The notes under the pieces were generated by a model, which was not told the origin of the DNA, ran no database searches, and was given only the letters and a program-made list of their open reading frames with translations. DNA of 64,000 nucleotides from a virus. Below are positions 47,981-57,036 of this stretch, piece after piece (the stretch's first letter is position 1; every line of letters begins with the position of its first letter). The stretch lies in the UHGV virus genome UHGV-0026213. One strand, given 5' to 3'. Both the position numbers and the translations under genes were made by a program.

Positions 47981-48754
47981 ATGAAAGTCCATTTAGACGA
48001 TATCTTTAAAACCGAACCGTATATGATCGAAGGCCCGCTATCATCACTACTATTTGCCGATAGATTAGATCGTACGCTGCAATTACAATCGGTCGAATCT
48101 GCACCCGTTGATGATGTAGAGCGTTACGAGCGCATCAACCATACGCGGGGTGAGTATCGTCGCTATAAGCCAAATTCACTAAGCATCAAGCTCTGGCAAG
48201 TGAGCACAGGTAAAGTATTAACTTATCGCGCTGTTGGTAGTTATTACATTCAACAAGCCAAGGAATGGCTAGAGAAAGTTAAAGAACTGAACTTCGATCT
48301 ACTGAGCAAAAAACTGCGCGATCATAACGCCAGTTTGCCGATACGTAATTATTTCTCCACGATTGAAAATAGTCGTTGTTTCGTTTCTCGTGAATCCACG
48401 ATATTACCTGGGGATGATGTTCAGACGACACTAAAAGATGTGGTTGTGAAGAAAATCTTTCATGAATCTGAACACGTTGGGTTCCGTATCTACTTAACAC
48501 ACAAGAGACCATTTACCGTTATTCACGTTGATACCGCACCCGAAGGCTCAGCGGTTATTCGAGAACTTCCTGATGCTCGAGACCGTTGCCCTAATGAGCC
48601 GCTTTATTTAATGTCAGGAACAAAATCAACCGCGTTGATGTCCCGTTACAGCATGTTAGATGTTGTTGACGCTGCTATGAAACTAGGTTGGAAAGAAGTG
48701 CAGCAACATGGTAAACAATTGCTGTTTATTGCCGATGTAAAACTTAATCAATAG
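47981..48754 (+). CDS. Hypothetical protein, GW...QLLF C-terminal family
   Basis: C-terminus KLGWKEVQQHGKQLLFIADVKLNQ. Confidence 0.6.
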   Translation: MKVHLDDIFKTEPYMIEGPLSSLLFADRLDRTLQLQSVESAPVDDVERYERINHTRGEYRRYKPNSLSIKLWQVSTGKVLTYRAVGSYYIQQAKEWLEKVKELNFDLLSKKLRDHNASLPIRNYFSTIENSRCFVSRESTILPGDDVQTTLKDVVVKKIFHESEHVGFRIYLTHKRPFTVIHVDTAPEGSAVIRELPDARDRCPNEPLYLMSGTKSTALMSRYSMLDVVDAAMKLGWKEVQQHGKQLLFIADVKLNQ

Positions 48755-48766
48755 TGAGGTGGTACC

Positions 48767-49345
48767 GTGTACCGATTAATAGAAATGCGAAAAGACGTTT
48801 GGTTGGAAAACCTCGTCGATGGGGAGCTTGAGGGAATAGAGCTTTCCTTACCAGAAAGAGCGGACACGGTATTGGTCTTTCTGATAAAACAGGCAGCGAA
48901 TGAACCGGTAGGAATCTTCAGCGTGGACTATAAAGACCCACGAGGGATTCATTTACGGAACATTTGCAGTGGTTTAGAAAGCTTACCGGCTAATCCGTTC
49001 TTAAACTACGCAAAACGTAAACTCCAGCCTGGACAACATCTCTGGGTAGTTCTAGCGCCTGATACACGCATTATACGTGACGACCTGACTGCGTTTGTCC
49101 AAGCAACGAAAGTCAGTTTGTACAATCCTAATGCGGATCGTACCGATATGCCGTTTACAATCACCTTAGAAGACGATGGAACGCAAGAGGGTATTGAGGC
49201 AATTACGGAATTAGTAAACTCTTATCCGGTAGCGTCTATTGAGTTAGAAAACCCAAACCGATTACCGTTGGGTGATTTACTCGAATGGATTGAGCTGAAT
49301 ACCGAGTTCCTCATTAACTCCCGGCAGTACCGGTTCGATGTATAA
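48767..49345 (+). CDS. Hypothetical protein (GTG start)
   Basis: 192-aa ORF. Confidence 0.55.
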   Translation: MYRLIEMRKDVWLENLVDGELEGIELSLPERADTVLVFLIKQAANEPVGIFSVDYKDPRGIHLRNICSGLESLPANPFLNYAKRKLQPGQHLWVVLAPDTRIIRDDLTAFVQATKVSLYNPNADRTDMPFTITLEDDGTQEGIEAITELVNSYPVASIELENPNRLPLGDLLEWIELNTEFLINSRQYRFDV

Positions 49346-49349
49346 CATC

Positions 49350-49383
49350 GGTGGGGGTTTACCCCCCACCTTTTATTTTTTTG
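49350..49383 (+). terminator. Intrinsic terminator
   Basis: ggtggggg-ttta-ccccccacc followed by ttttatttttttg. Confidence 0.8.
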
Positions 49384-49406
49384 TTCGTTAATATTAAAAA
49401 TAATTT

Positions 49407-49431
49407 CAGATATATATTACTTAGGTGAGAG
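49407..49431 (+). promoter_or_regulatory. Conserved promoter-like motif, copy 4 (cagatatatattacttaggtgagag)
   Basis: Identical to copy 2 including the upstream A/T block; precedes the secreted-protein gene array. Confidence 0.65.
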
Positions 49432-49476
49432 TTACGATTAACTCTTTATACATTAACGCCATGAAGGAGCAAAACA

Positions 49477-49938
49477 ATGAAAATCTTCACTTCCTTTTTA
49501 ATCGCCCTTTTCGTAATCGGTTTCAATACTGCACACGCCGCTATCAATAACTGGGAACAAATACAAAACCCTGGCCAGGCAGTTTACGAAATTGAAGACA
49601 CCGCCGGAAACGGACTGTCTATCAACTGTGACACAGAAACTGCGAATCGCAAATTTTACGGTCGCATGGTTTGGTATTACGGTGAACCCGTAGGTGCAAC
49701 TAACGCGGAAGATAACACGTTGGATATTGTCGTAAACGGCAAGACCTATAACATCCCTACCGTGGACGGTAGTGACAAAGCAGAACACGCTTGGGTTGCT
49801 TTCGTTAATGCTATCGGTAATGCCAAAACTTTCAGTGTGAGTATCAATGGTAACGACACCGCTAACTTTACCGTAGAAGGCGAACGTCTGTCTGAAACTT
49901 TCTTCCAGAACTGTGGACACACCCGTCCTAACAAATAA
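49477..49938 (+). CDS. Small secreted protein 1 (signal peptide)
   Basis: MKIFTSFLIALFVIGFNTAHA signal peptide; AAGGAG RBS. Confidence 0.6.
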   Translation: MKIFTSFLIALFVIGFNTAHAAINNWEQIQNPGQAVYEIEDTAGNGLSINCDTETANRKFYGRMVWYYGEPVGATNAEDNTLDIVVNGKTYNIPTVDGSDKAEHAWVAFVNAIGNAKTFSVSINGNDTANFTVEGERLSETFFQNCGHTRPNK

Positions 49939-49960
49939 CTATTAGTCTTTTTTAGAGTGC

Positions 49961-50353
49961 GTGAAAATGAATATCAGAACTATACTTTATATCATCATTA
50001 TTTTCTGTGCGGTCGGAATTACTGGCACTTATGCTTTCGGTGATTCGGATGTCCGCTATTACGAACCGGCTCCTGACTCACCGATTATCAACCCGGATGA
50101 GACGCCTGCGTTAATGCGCAGTTTCGGTAAACTGCAAGTTTATCGTTTAGTGCGTGGTGAAACCTGTACGGGTTTACTCATTGCTGACACCCGTGCACAA
50201 GTCTACCAACGTCTAACCGATATCGCCTGCGAACAACCAAAAGTCATGTCGGTTAGTATCCATCCGCTATCAGTTGGTAACTATACCGCTGTGGACTTCT
50301 TTCACAACGCCGAATTAATCGGGCGCGTTACCTTAAATCGTCCTGCCGAATAA
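49961..50353 (+). CDS. Small secreted or membrane-anchored protein 2
   Basis: N-terminal hydrophobic segment ILYIIIIFCAVGITGTYA. Confidence 0.55.
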   Translation: MKMNIRTILYIIIIFCAVGITGTYAFGDSDVRYYEPAPDSPIINPDETPALMRSFGKLQVYRLVRGETCTGLLIADTRAQVYQRLTDIACEQPKVMSVSIHPLSVGNYTAVDFFHNAELIGRVTLNRPAE

Positions 50354-50371
50354 TCTAAAGGAGTAGTTATA

Positions 50372-50857
50372 ATGAAACGTTTACACACATTGATGTTCTT
50401 TCTGGTTTTCTTGTTTATCGGTACCACGCCAACTGTAGATGCGGCCTCCGTAGACGAATTGCTTACCTGCGATGGAAACGCTTGGGAAGGTCAGCCAAAT
50501 GCGTGCCCAAACATCAACGACTTGTACGATACCGATAAGTCGTTTAAAGCCGTTGTTGATAAAACATTAGACCCTGTGGGGCTGGATGGTATGTTCGGCT
50601 CTAAAGGTTACATGGATGGTCCTGGCGGTAACATGTATCCGGTAAACATCAACAACAAAATCTGGATTGAAAGTGGCGGTTGTAAAGCTAACGCTTGTGG
50701 TTGGGAATACATCGTAACGCTATACAACCCACACACCAAGAAACTCGTCGGCTATTACTACAACATCGACCCCGGTTATCTGATTTGGTTCGGTGATATC
50801 GGTGTTGCTGAATTCGCTTACCTGGTTAAGAAGTACGTAGAACAATCTAAATACTAA
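50372..50857 (+). CDS. Small secreted protein 3
   Basis: MKRLHTLMFFLVFLFIGTTPTVDA signal peptide. Confidence 0.6.
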   Translation: MKRLHTLMFFLVFLFIGTTPTVDAASVDELLTCDGNAWEGQPNACPNINDLYDTDKSFKAVVDKTLDPVGLDGMFGSKGYMDGPGGNMYPVNINNKIWIESGGCKANACGWEYIVTLYNPHTKKLVGYYYNIDPGYLIWFGDIGVAEFAYLVKKYVEQSKY

Positions 50858-50868
50858 GGACTTTTATC

Positions 50869-51279
50869 ATGAAAACTATCATTAATACTCTTCTCATTGC
50901 AATTGCTGTTCTGTTCTCTGTCAACGCTACAGCAAAGACAATACAGTTGCCAGACAATATTAAGTACGTCAATAGCACCGATGATTTCTATTGTACGGAA
51001 ATTGACGGCTTGTACTGTCAGGCAAAGAGCCTGTTTAAATACAAAGGTAGCAGATACGTATTCATCGTTGAGCAAGGTGGTGCCTGGTGCTACGACAGCC
51101 CAATGTCCGTACTCAACCTCGAAACGTGGAAGGCTCAGCGTCTCGAATACAACGACAAACGTCTGTGCTCTGGTAATAACAAACCATTCTTCAAAGTCGT
51201 AGATGGTGTGCCAATGGTAGGGATATTAGACACTTCGGAAAAACCTATCGTTGTAGCTATGGATAAACTTAAAATTTAA
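50869..51279 (+). CDS. Small secreted protein 4
   Basis: MKTIINTLLIAIAVLFSVNATA signal peptide. Confidence 0.6.
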   Translation: MKTIINTLLIAIAVLFSVNATAKTIQLPDNIKYVNSTDDFYCTEIDGLYCQAKSLFKYKGSRYVFIVEQGGAWCYDSPMSVLNLETWKAQRLEYNDKRLCSGNNKPFFKVVDGVPMVGILDTSEKPIVVAMDKLKI

Positions 51280-51289
51280 GGAGTAACTC

Positions 51290-51679
51290 ATGCGTCTCGT
51301 CTGCGTTTTAGCATTCTTCTTCTCCCTGAGTGTAGCAGCATCTACTCAAGTTAACGATTTACTGCTAACCCCAAACAACAATACCGATTACCAGTACAAT
51401 CCTCCTGGGTTTGAAGTTTGTGAAGTCGGTGAAACAATCTGCCAAGAAGTCGGCGCAGACGGGCGCTATATTCTGGTAAAAGCTGATGGTGGCACAATGT
51501 GTCCCGCAGGTTATTACTTTCTGCTCGATTCCGTCGCAAGAGAGGTTCTTCCTATCACCACAAAAACGTGCGACCCTACTGTTGTCTTAACTCTCGCTAA
51601 AAGCAAATCTCGCGACCGTTATCTGATTGTTATCGAAGAACGGGGCAAGATGGCTGGTGCTATCGAATTAGATCATTGA
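51290..51679 (+). CDS. Small secreted protein 5
   Basis: MRLVCVLAFFFSLSVAAS signal peptide. Confidence 0.6.
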   Translation: MRLVCVLAFFFSLSVAASTQVNDLLLTPNNNTDYQYNPPGFEVCEVGETICQEVGADGRYILVKADGGTMCPAGYYFLLDSVAREVLPITTKTCDPTVVLTLAKSKSRDRYLIVIEERGKMAGAIELDH

Positions 51680-51689
51680 GTGTAGTCTT

Positions 51690-51718
51690 GGCCCCGATAC
51701 GTTCGGGGTCCTTTTTAC
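51690..51718 (+). terminator. Intrinsic terminator
   Basis: ggccccga-tacgt-tcggggtc followed by ctttttacg. Confidence 0.65.
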
Positions 51719-51745
51719 GACATGTTTACCTAAAGGAGTATTAAA

Positions 51746-52222
51746 ATGCAATTATCTAACGTTTACCAAGCTGCGCAATTTCATCATGACCTGTCGGCTA
51801 AACCTGAACAAATTCGCCACAACTTAACGGTGGCCTGGAAACTGCTGCGTATCGCCGAAGCCTCCCGCCTTAACGATCAGTCGACGATTATCGAGACGGT
51901 GCGCACACTACATCCAGTCGACCTGGAAACAATCTGGACCTTTGATTTAACCCGAATTTATCACCGTCGTTTTAATGCGGCAGTTGATGCAATCCGTCCT
52001 TACTTTCATCACCTGCGAACAACACGCGAAAATGACACCGCACTTGAGTGGGTATTGGTACAAAGCGTATGGAGCGACTACATTTATCTCCTTTCTTTAG
52101 AGACGGGTGAATGTATCGTTGCTAACGAAGTTTTTTCAAGTAACGCAGAAATGTATCGTTCCTTCGCGACGATTAAAGGTGAAACACAACCTATTTTATC
52201 ACTCACGCACTTAGGGCTGTAA
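51746..52222 (+). CDS. Hypothetical protein
   Basis: 158-aa ORF preceded by tttacctaaaggagtattaaaATG. Confidence 0.6.
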   Translation: MQLSNVYQAAQFHHDLSAKPEQIRHNLTVAWKLLRIAEASRLNDQSTIIETVRTLHPVDLETIWTFDLTRIYHRRFNAAVDAIRPYFHHLRTTRENDTALEWVLVQSVWSDYIYLLSLETGECIVANEVFSSNAEMYRSFATIKGETQPILSLTHLGL

Positions 52223-52224
52223 TT

Positions 52225-52258
52225 AGCCCGGCCCCGTTTACTCGGGGCTTCTTTTTTT
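52225..52258 (+). terminator. Intrinsic terminator
   Basis: agcccggccccg-ttta-ctcggggct followed by tctttttttg. Confidence 0.7.
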
Positions 52259-52278
52259 GATCTAAAAGGAAAGACCAG

Positions 52279-52887
52279 ATGAACGAAATTACATTAGTTC
52301 GTTTTCTTGAAGCGATGCAAAATGCAGAGCGCTTTTCACATACGCCTTTATTCATTGACTTAATGGAAGAAGAAGTAGAGGGCTTCCTGGCGTACCCTCG
52401 CTTACGGGAATATTTTAAACGCAAAACACCGACTGCTTACGAAAAGTTGGTTTACGCGCTTGAGAACAGTACAACATTGTTAACGTCACCTTTTAAGGCG
52501 TTGGAGGCTTTAGACCCGGCTGGTACCACAAGTATCCCACAACGTGTTGTGTTCTACTATATCGACCACGATCGAATTAAAGCCGATGTTGTTAACTGGA
52601 TCTCTGAAAACGCAGTTCCTGAAACACGCACTTTTAATCTCTGTCCTGTAGAAGAAGGGTGGAAGGTCGGTAGCCACTATTCTTACCCGTACCAATCCAT
52701 TAAATCGCCGTTTTTATATCCGGTTTATCTGGATGATGTTACACCTGGAAATTGTATCCCGGTAACAAATCTGATCTGTACATTGACAATGGAAGTCTTA
52801 GCCACAAAGGCGGGACAGGTTTGGGTAGAAAACACGAAGAACGTCGATTATTGGACTTCAATGGGTTATCACCTGTACACCAAATAA
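52279..52887 (+). CDS. Hypothetical protein
   Basis: 202-aa ORF. Confidence 0.6.
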   Translation: MNEITLVRFLEAMQNAERFSHTPLFIDLMEEEVEGFLAYPRLREYFKRKTPTAYEKLVYALENSTTLLTSPFKALEALDPAGTTSIPQRVVFYYIDHDRIKADVVNWISENAVPETRTFNLCPVEEGWKVGSHYSYPYQSIKSPFLYPVYLDDVTPGNCIPVTNLICTLTMEVLATKAGQVWVENTKNVDYWTSMGYHLYTK

Positions 52888-52892
52888 CGTTT

Positions 52893-52935
52893 GGGAGAAC
52901 CTTCGGGTTCTCCCTTTCTTTATTTTTTTCTTTTT
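52893..52935 (+). terminator. Intrinsic terminator
   Basis: gggagaacc-ttcg-ggttctccc followed by tttctttatttttttcttttt. Confidence 0.8.
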
Positions 52936-52965
52936 ACACCACACTCCGTCTTTATGGAGGTGGGT

Positions 52966-55470
52966 ATGCTAAAAGTTGAACGCATTATACTCAAAGGTTT
53001 TACGGGGATGGGGTTACATGAAATTGAAACCTTCGATTTCACTATCCAGTCTCCGACAACAATTATCCTGGGTGGGAACGGCTGCGGGAAAACCAGTCTA
53101 CTGTCTGTGTTCTTACCCTTAGCACCGGCTAAAACAGAATTTAGGGACGGCGGTTCTTACACAAACTACTGTTTAGTTGGCGATCAACGCTATCGTTTCA
53201 AAGTTGCTCGTAAAGGCAACTCATTGGTTTGCGATATTGAGAACTTGACTACGGGGGCAAAGATCGTCGAGCAAGGTAATGCGAAAGTCTACAACTCCCG
53301 TGTTGAAGAAATCACAGGTATTACGAAAGAGATTAAAGAATTATTAAATGGTGAGGTGTTGTTAACCGATGCGGGAACTGAATTACGCCGCAAATGGTTT
53401 TACCGTTTAAGTACCTCTGACCTCACTTACGCGTTAGGGTTTTATCAACGTTTACGTAAAAACCTTACTGCCTTAAATGGGGGTATTGAAATCACCAGCC
53501 GTAAAATCGCCGAATTGCGGACGCGTGTTATTGAGAACGAGGAAGAACGGCAGCAGTTGGCGACGAGATTAAAAGGTTTGGAATCGGATTTACGTGAACT
53601 GAACCGAGAAATCGAACAGTTGCCAGGATTAAATCGTGCCGTCACCATCGAAACAATCCAAGCGTTATTAAACAGCTTGGGCCCAACCATCGACGCAATA
53701 TTACAACATCGTGGTGGACTGCCTACTGATGAACAGATACTGGCCGCGCGACAAAACGAAGCGACGGCCCGCGAAGCTGTCGTGTCTACTGAAACAGAGG
53801 TATCGATGTTGAATAAAGACTTGTCGTTATTGATGGATGAGTCGACACGACAGGACTACCTGATGCGGAATCACGAAGGTCTCAAGAATACGCTGGCACG
53901 TTTACGTGAGTTACTTACCAAATGGGACACTGAACATCTCTTTCCGGGTCTATTTAACGATAACGTCAATTTAGACCAACTTCGTGCGGCTACCGACGCG
54001 CGTGTTTGGGGACAACGGTTAGGAACAACGCTGGACGCAATTCATTCGACCGAAAAACTCAATGTTTTGGAAGAACGGCTTCTGGTGATGGATCAAAAAA
54101 CCGCCGGGTTGCGGGATAGACTCCAGCGAGTGGAGAACGTTTTACAGAATTTAAATCACGAACGTAACCACTACTTAGAAACAGCGGAAGTGGATTGTCC
54201 GCAGTGTCGGTTTAAGTTTCGACCAGGCGTTACGCGTTCTTTGCCTGAACTTGAGTCTTCGATTCGTGGACAGCAACAGCAGCGCACGGAACTGCAAACG
54301 CAGTTAGAGACCTTATTACGCGATCGTGTTGAATTAGAATCTGATGTAACTTATATGCGGCAGGTTCGTGAGATTGTACTGACGTATTCAAAGGACCCGG
54401 TATTGAGCATGTTCTTTAAGCGTTTGCAAGAACGTAACGTTTTCACAGAATCACGCGAACAGTTCGGGAGTCTATGCGCAGCGTTTGACAGCGAGTTGTA
54501 CTCTGCTATTGAGTACCATGAAACCCGTCAACGGTTAGTGAAGGCGGAAAAAGAATGGCAGGATGCCGTGGCGACCGTTGGTAACGTCGATGGTGCTTTA
54601 CAACAGAAAATCGCCTTCCAACAGTCACGATTAGGTAAAGCCACAGAAATGCTCTCAATGCGTCGTAGAGAGCACGAACTGGCTAACACGACACTTACCT
54701 ATCTGGTGAATGTTAAACGTGCTGTAGATGATTTCAGTGCGTTATTCGAACGGTTAGAGAGTGATGTTAAGGTTACGTTGACAAATACGGTCGTCGAGGA
54801 ACTCTTACGTGCACGAGAAGGGAAGCTGGATGCTTTTACAACCGCACGCGAACGTTATCGTCAGATGGAAAATGAATTGAATCAGCTCAACAGTTTGGAA
54901 CGCGAACTTGCTGACTTACAAGCCCAGCAGTTCAATAACAAACTGATGATTCAAGCCTTCTCTCCAGAAAAGGGTGTACTTAGAAAGTATTTTTACAACG
55001 CTATCGTTAGAATCACAGAGTTAATGACGCGTTATATCGAACAAGTCTGGACGTACCCCATGCGCGTTATGCCTTGTGACCTCACTGACGGTGATTTGGA
55101 TTATACTTTTCCTGTCCAGCTAAAAACGCATCCTGAGCCTGTTCCTGACGTGCGTAAAGGGTCTAAGGCGCAGCGTGCGATATTTAATCTGATGTTCAGG
55201 CTGACTGCGTACAAAGCGCTGATGTTGCATCAGTTTCCATTGCTTTTGGATGAGCCTTCGGAAGGCATGGATGAGGAGCACCGTAACAACCTGGTCGGCT
55301 TTATTAAAACGTTAGCAAACTCGGGAGAATTTTCTCAACTGTTGGTAGTCTCCCACGAAGCCGAGGTTCATTCTAAACTTAATGAAGCATCGTACTGTGT
55401 CATCGAACCGGAAGGGGTGACATTGCCTGCGGTGTATAACGAAGGAGTAAAAATTGTTTATGCAAACTGA
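52966..55470 (+). CDS. Rad50/SbcC-like SMC-family ATPase with central zinc hook (CPQC)
   Basis: Walker A GGNGCGKTS near the N-terminus, long coiled-coil middle, CPQC in the centre, C-terminal LLLDEPSEGMDEEH Walker B/D-loop. Start set to ATG at 52966 (GGAGG RBS) downstream of the terminator; the listed ORF begins at 52891. Confidence 0.65.
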   Translation: MLKVERIILKGFTGMGLHEIETFDFTIQSPTTIILGGNGCGKTSLLSVFLPLAPAKTEFRDGGSYTNYCLVGDQRYRFKVARKGNSLVCDIENLTTGAKIVEQGNAKVYNSRVEEITGITKEIKELLNGEVLLTDAGTELRRKWFYRLSTSDLTYALGFYQRLRKNLTALNGGIEITSRKIAELRTRVIENEEERQQLATRLKGLESDLRELNREIEQLPGLNRAVTIETIQALLNSLGPTIDAILQHRGGLPTDEQILAARQNEATAREAVVSTETEVSMLNKDLSLLMDESTRQDYLMRNHEGLKNTLARLRELLTKWDTEHLFPGLFNDNVNLDQLRAATDARVWGQRLGTTLDAIHSTEKLNVLEERLLVMDQKTAGLRDRLQRVENVLQNLNHERNHYLETAEVDCPQCRFKFRPGVTRSLPELESSIRGQQQQRTELQTQLETLLRDRVELESDVTYMRQVREIVLTYSKDPVLSMFFKRLQERNVFTESREQFGSLCAAFDSELYSAIEYHETRQRLVKAEKEWQDAVATVGNVDGALQQKIAFQQSRLGKATEMLSMRRREHELANTTLTYLVNVKRAVDDFSALFERLESDVKVTLTNTVVEELLRAREGKLDAFTTARERYRQMENELNQLNSLERELADLQAQQFNNKLMIQAFSPEKGVLRKYFYNAIVRITELMTRYIEQVWTYPMRVMPCDLTDGDLDYTFPVQLKTHPEPVPDVRKGSKAQRAIFNLMFRLTAYKALMLHQFPLLLDEPSEGMDEEHRNNLVGFIKTLANSGEFSQLLVVSHEAEVHSKLNEASYCVIEPEGVTLPAVYNEGVKIVYAN

Positions 55471-55639
55471 TTGGTTCCGTCGTATTGTGGATGCGGCAGG
55501 GTTTGGCTTCATGTCCATTCTAGCGGTTCTTTATGTCATGTTTTGTGTGGTGATGATTTTATGGGTAGTTTCATCTTATCTGATTAAACTATCGTGGGGT
55601 TCAATTTGGCGTCAACGCGAATGCGAATGGCGGAATTAG
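55460..55639 (+). CDS. Small membrane protein
   Basis: Hydrophobic segment GFGFMSILAVLYVMFCVVMILWVVSSYLI; GGAG RBS before ATG at about 55460. Confidence 0.5.
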   Translation: MQTDWFRRIVDAAGFGFMSILAVLYVMFCVVMILWVVSSYLIKLSWGSIWRQRECEWRN

Positions 55640-55649
55640 GAGAGGGAAT

Positions 55650-55748
55650 ATGGTTGTAGGGGTTCTGTTAACACTTGGCTCGTTGTGGTTAATTGGTAAA
55701 GGTTTAAACTTGCTGATTAAACGTCACCGTTGGGCGTTTGAAGATTAA
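55650..55748 (+). CDS. Small membrane peptide (32 aa)
   Basis: MVVGVLLTLGSLWLIGKGLNLLIKRHRWAFED; AGGAGAGGG RBS. Found by reading; below the ORF-track length cutoff. Confidence 0.35.
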   Translation: MVVGVLLTLGSLWLIGKGLNLLIKRHRWAFED

Positions 55749-55805
55749 CCACCCAAATAATCCAGAAGATACCCTCCGGTGTGAGGGTATTGACAGGAGC
55801 AGAAA

Positions 55806-55934
55806 ATGACCACGATAAACGCTACGAATGTAGCGATATCCGCACTATACGACGCGGAACTTTCATGGGGTGGATTGATAATCACCACAGCCATATTAGC
55901 CGCTGCGGCTTTCGTCATCGCGCGTTGGTTTTAA
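55806..55934 (+). CDS. Small membrane peptide (42 aa)
   Basis: MTTINATNVAISALYDAELSWGGLIITTAILAAAAFVIARWF; CAGGAG RBS. Found by reading. Confidence 0.35.
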   Translation: MTTINATNVAISALYDAELSWGGLIITTAILAAAAFVIARWF

Positions 55935-55965
55935 TTTTACTTTTTTGCGTCTCTAAGGTTTGCAA

Positions 55966-56439
55966 ATGGAAATTTATTTGTTGAACGCATCTTCTAAAGT
56001 CGGTGAGCGTCAAGCTGCCGATTTACTCAAACTACACTACCGTTACTTAGACCACCAGGCCACGTTACTGAAAATCAAAATGTCGGTGCCGAAGTTAAAT
56101 GCGCGACAGCTGATCGAAGGTAACTGCATAGTTCTGGTGTATCAGGATGATGTCGCGGTAGGATACTGTAGTTATCGGAATCGTAACGGTTCACTTAAGA
56201 TACGTTCGGTATACGTGCTCCCAGACTATCGTCAACGGGGTGTAATGAAAGAGATTTTCAAAGCAATTGCAGCTATGCGAAATGTAAAGAAGCAAAAGAG
56301 TATTTCATCCGACGCGGCTATCAGGCGGTTTACTCACGCGATCGTGAGTGGGTCGATTTTAGCAAAACATTCTAAAAACAATAAAGCTCTCTTGGCGTAC
56401 CTCACTATGAGTGTGAGAAATTTACGTCAGGAGAGCTAA
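55966..56439 (+). CDS. GNAT-family acetyltransferase-like protein
   Basis: VYVLPDYRQRGVMKEIFKAI resembles GNAT motif A (R/Q-x-x-G-x-G/A). Confidence 0.45.
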   Translation: MEIYLLNASSKVGERQAADLLKLHYRYLDHQATLLKIKMSVPKLNARQLIEGNCIVLVYQDDVAVGYCSYRNRNGSLKIRSVYVLPDYRQRGVMKEIFKAIAAMRNVKKQKSISSDAAIRRFTHAIVSGSILAKHSKNNKALLAYLTMSVRNLRQES

Positions 56440-56441
56440 TT

Positions 56442-56687
56442 ATGTTAAAATCGTGCGGAGTGGGTGGTTTGGATACGAGTATTTGTTGGAAGGAATACGA
56501 ACGTGCGAAAGCGTTCTTACAACATCCCAATGTGGGGACAATAGGTAAGGTCTGTTTCGGCAAACCTTCACTGACGGCCTGTATCCAAGGGGCTTTAGGG
56601 ACGTTGCCACCCGAATCACATTTCGAGCCTGAGGAGAATATGAATGTTCACAGAGAACCCATCAATTTACGGCATACCGTTGAATGA
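56442..56687 (+). CDS. Hypothetical protein
   Basis: 81-aa ORF. Confidence 0.45.
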   Translation: MLKSCGVGGLDTSICWKEYERAKAFLQHPNVGTIGKVCFGKPSLTACIQGALGTLPPESHFEPEENMNVHREPINLRHTVE

Positions 56688-57012
56688 AATTGATATTCTG
56701 CAAATTTGTTATCAGTGTGGCGACTTCGGTAAGACGCAGGTAACGCCGTTAGTTAATCTTTTAGGTTACTTGCCTGAAATCGAGCTACCTTTTGTTAAAC
56801 CTAGCTTAGTTCGTCGCGCATCGTGTCGTGAAGCTTATTTGCTCTGGAAACACAATATTTCAGTAGAGAAGGTCTGGGACCGTATGAACGATCATCAGTT
56901 CCGTGAGCAGGTCGTGCACACGCTTAACTTGGCACTGACTATGCAACGCCTGGGCTTACAACACGAGGGTTTAGAAGCGGCGGTCAAGCAATGGATTACG
57001 AAAAATCGATAA
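56644..57012 (+). CDS. Hypothetical protein
   Basis: 122-aa ORF, GAGGAG RBS. Confidence 0.45.
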   Translation: MFTENPSIYGIPLNEIDILQICYQCGDFGKTQVTPLVNLLGYLPEIELPFVKPSLVRRASCREAYLLWKHNISVEKVWDRMNDHQFREQVVHTLNLALTMQRLGLQHEGLEAAVKQWITKNR

Positions 57013-57036
57013 TGGGTAAAACATATATCGCTATAC

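Noticed and set aside
8786-49440. Repeated 25-bp motifs as a CRISPR array or transposon inverted repeats
   Set aside because: Copies are tens of kb apart with no regular spacing and no transposase or integrase nearby; all are intergenic, same orientation, upstream of genes.
52891-52965. Longer listed start of the SbcC-like ORF at 52891
   Set aside because: The extension runs through a strong terminator hairpin and T-tract; ATG at 52966 has a GGAGG RBS and begins the ATPase fold.
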